DNA of 21,512 nucleotides from a virus (Duplodnaviria; Heunggongvirae; Uroviricota; Caudoviricetes): IMG/VR virus record IMGVR_UViG_2681813321_000021; one strand, 5' to 3'. Shown piece by piece: positions 17,961 to 21,512 of this stretch (position 1 is its first letter; each line of letters starts with the position of its first letter). The notes under the pieces were generated by a model. It saw only the letters and a program-made list of their open reading frames with translations, ran no database searches and was not told where the DNA came from. The position numbers and the translations under genes were made by a program.

Positions 17961-19181
17961 TTAATCTTTCAGCTTGCGCATTACCAGCGTGGCGTTGGTG
18001 CCGCCGAAGCCGAAGCTGTTAGACATAACGGTAGTCAGTTCGCGATCGGTCGTTTCGGTCACGATGTTCAGACCCGCAGCCTGCTCGTCCAGCTCTTCAA
18101 TGTTGATGCTCGGGGCGATAAAGCCGTGTTCCAGCATCAGCAGAGAGTAGATAGCTTCCTGTACGCCAGCAGCGCCCAGAGAGTGACCGGTCATGGCTTT
18201 GGTTGCAGAAATCGCCGGGCTCTTATCGCCGAACACTTCACGGATAGCTGCCAGTTCTTTCACGTCGCCAACCGGAGTCGAAGTACCATGAGAGTTCAGG
18301 TAATCGATTGGGGTATCAACGCCGTGCATCGCCATCTTCATGCAGCGTACTGCGCCTTCGCCAGACGGAGCAACCATGTCTGCACCATCAGAGGTTGCGC
18401 CGTAGCCAACGATTTCAGCATAGATGTGAGCACCACGCGCCAGCGCGTGTTCCAGCTCTTCAACCACTACCATACCGCCGCCGCCAGCGATAACGAAACC
18501 GTCACGGTGAGCGTCGTAAGTACGGGAGGCTTTTTCCGGGGTGTCGTTGTATTTAGTAGACAGCGCACCCATCGCGTCGAATTCGCAGGCCATTTCCCAG
18601 CACAGCTCTTCGCCGCCGCCAGCAAACACGATGTCCTGTTTGCCCAGTTGGATCTGCTCTACTGCGTTACCGATACAGTGTGCGGAAGTCGCACACGCGG
18701 AGCTGATGGAGTAGTTAACGCCATGAATTTTAAACGGCGTGGCGAGGCAGGCAGAAACGCCGGATGCCATCGCTTTGGTGACCACATACGGGCCAACCGC
18801 TTTCAGGCCGCGCGGGCCGCGCATTGCGTCAGCGCCGAACACCTGGAAACGCGGGGAACCGCCGCCAGAACCTGCAATCAGGCCAACGCGCGGGTTATTC
18901 TGGTAAGCTTCCGGAGAAAGGCCCGCATCTGCGATTGCCTGCTCCATAGAAAGGAATGCATAAATGGATGCGTCGCTCATAAAGCGCACAACTTTGCGGT
19001 CAATGAGGCCAGTGGTATCCAGTTTTACGTTGCCCCAGACGTGGCTACGCATGCCGGAATCCTTCAGCTCCTGAGAGAAAGTGATCCCTGAACGTCCTTC
19101 ACGCAGAGATGCCAGGACTTCCTGCTGGTTATTACCGATGCTGGAAACAATGCCCAGGCCAGTAATCACTGCACGTTTCAT
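17961..19181 (-). CDS. fabB: 3-oxoacyl-ACP synthase I (KAS I)
   Basis: 406 aa, [22 protein letters not shown]..., with Cys-His-His active-site context. Essentially identical to E. coli FabB as I recall it. Confidence 0.97.
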
Positions 19182-19228
19182 TCAATACCTCTGTAAGTCG
19201 CACATAGAGTAAGTTTCGAATGCACAAT

Positions 19229-19264
19229 AGCGTACACTTGTACGCCGAACAAGTCCGATCAGCC
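19229..19264. promoter_or_regulatory. fabB promoter operators: FabR-type palindrome (AGCGTACACTTGTACGCC) and adjacent FadR-like site (GAACAAGTCCGATCAGCC)
   Basis: Sequence seen directly. Assignment rests on remembered FadR consensus and the published fabB promoter architecture. Confidence 0.55.
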
Positions 19265-19273
19265 ATTTAATAG

Positions 19274-21346
<2,073 letters not shown>

Positions 21347-21364
21347 TCTGCTCTCGCAGTGTTT

Positions 21365-21466
<102 letters not shown>

Positions 21467-21467
21467 G

Positions 21468-21512
<45 letters not shown>

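Noticed and set aside
18126-19091. 321-aa plus-strand ORF and other listed plus-strand ORFs inside fabB
   Set aside because: Antisense to a highly conserved gene; Arg/His-rich composition typical of a GC-rich antisense frame.

Overview
The window reads as an Escherichia/Shigella-type chromosome segment in three parts. (1) Positions 1-11920: the tail module of a P2-like prophage. It holds a Mu/P1/e14-style invertible tail-fibre cassette with a Pin/Hin/Gin-family serine invertase, then gpU, tape measure gpT, gpE/E' with a recognisable -1 frameshift site, tail tube FII and sheath FI on the minus strand, and gpD plus Ogr on the plus strand. This module carries a 3,126-bp tandem duplication (1-2814 equals 3127-5940), and the FI-to-U block is inverted relative to D-ogr compared with canonical P2 order. 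(2) Positions 11921 to about 15310: an accessory island, AT-rich by eye. It contains an unlisted Hok/Gef-family type I toxin ORF, a roughly 1.5-kb element bounded by ~150-bp imperfect inverted repeats and an 11-bp direct repeat that carries a frameshifted RES-domain-like gene, and a two-gene operon (zinc-ribbon membrane protein plus secreted Cys-repeat protein) that I cannot assign to a known family. (3) Positions 15509 to the end: core genes flk, yfcJ (frameshifted), fabB and mnmC with REP elements and terminators. All calls come from reading the sequence and ORF translations and from remembered family signatures; no database search was run.
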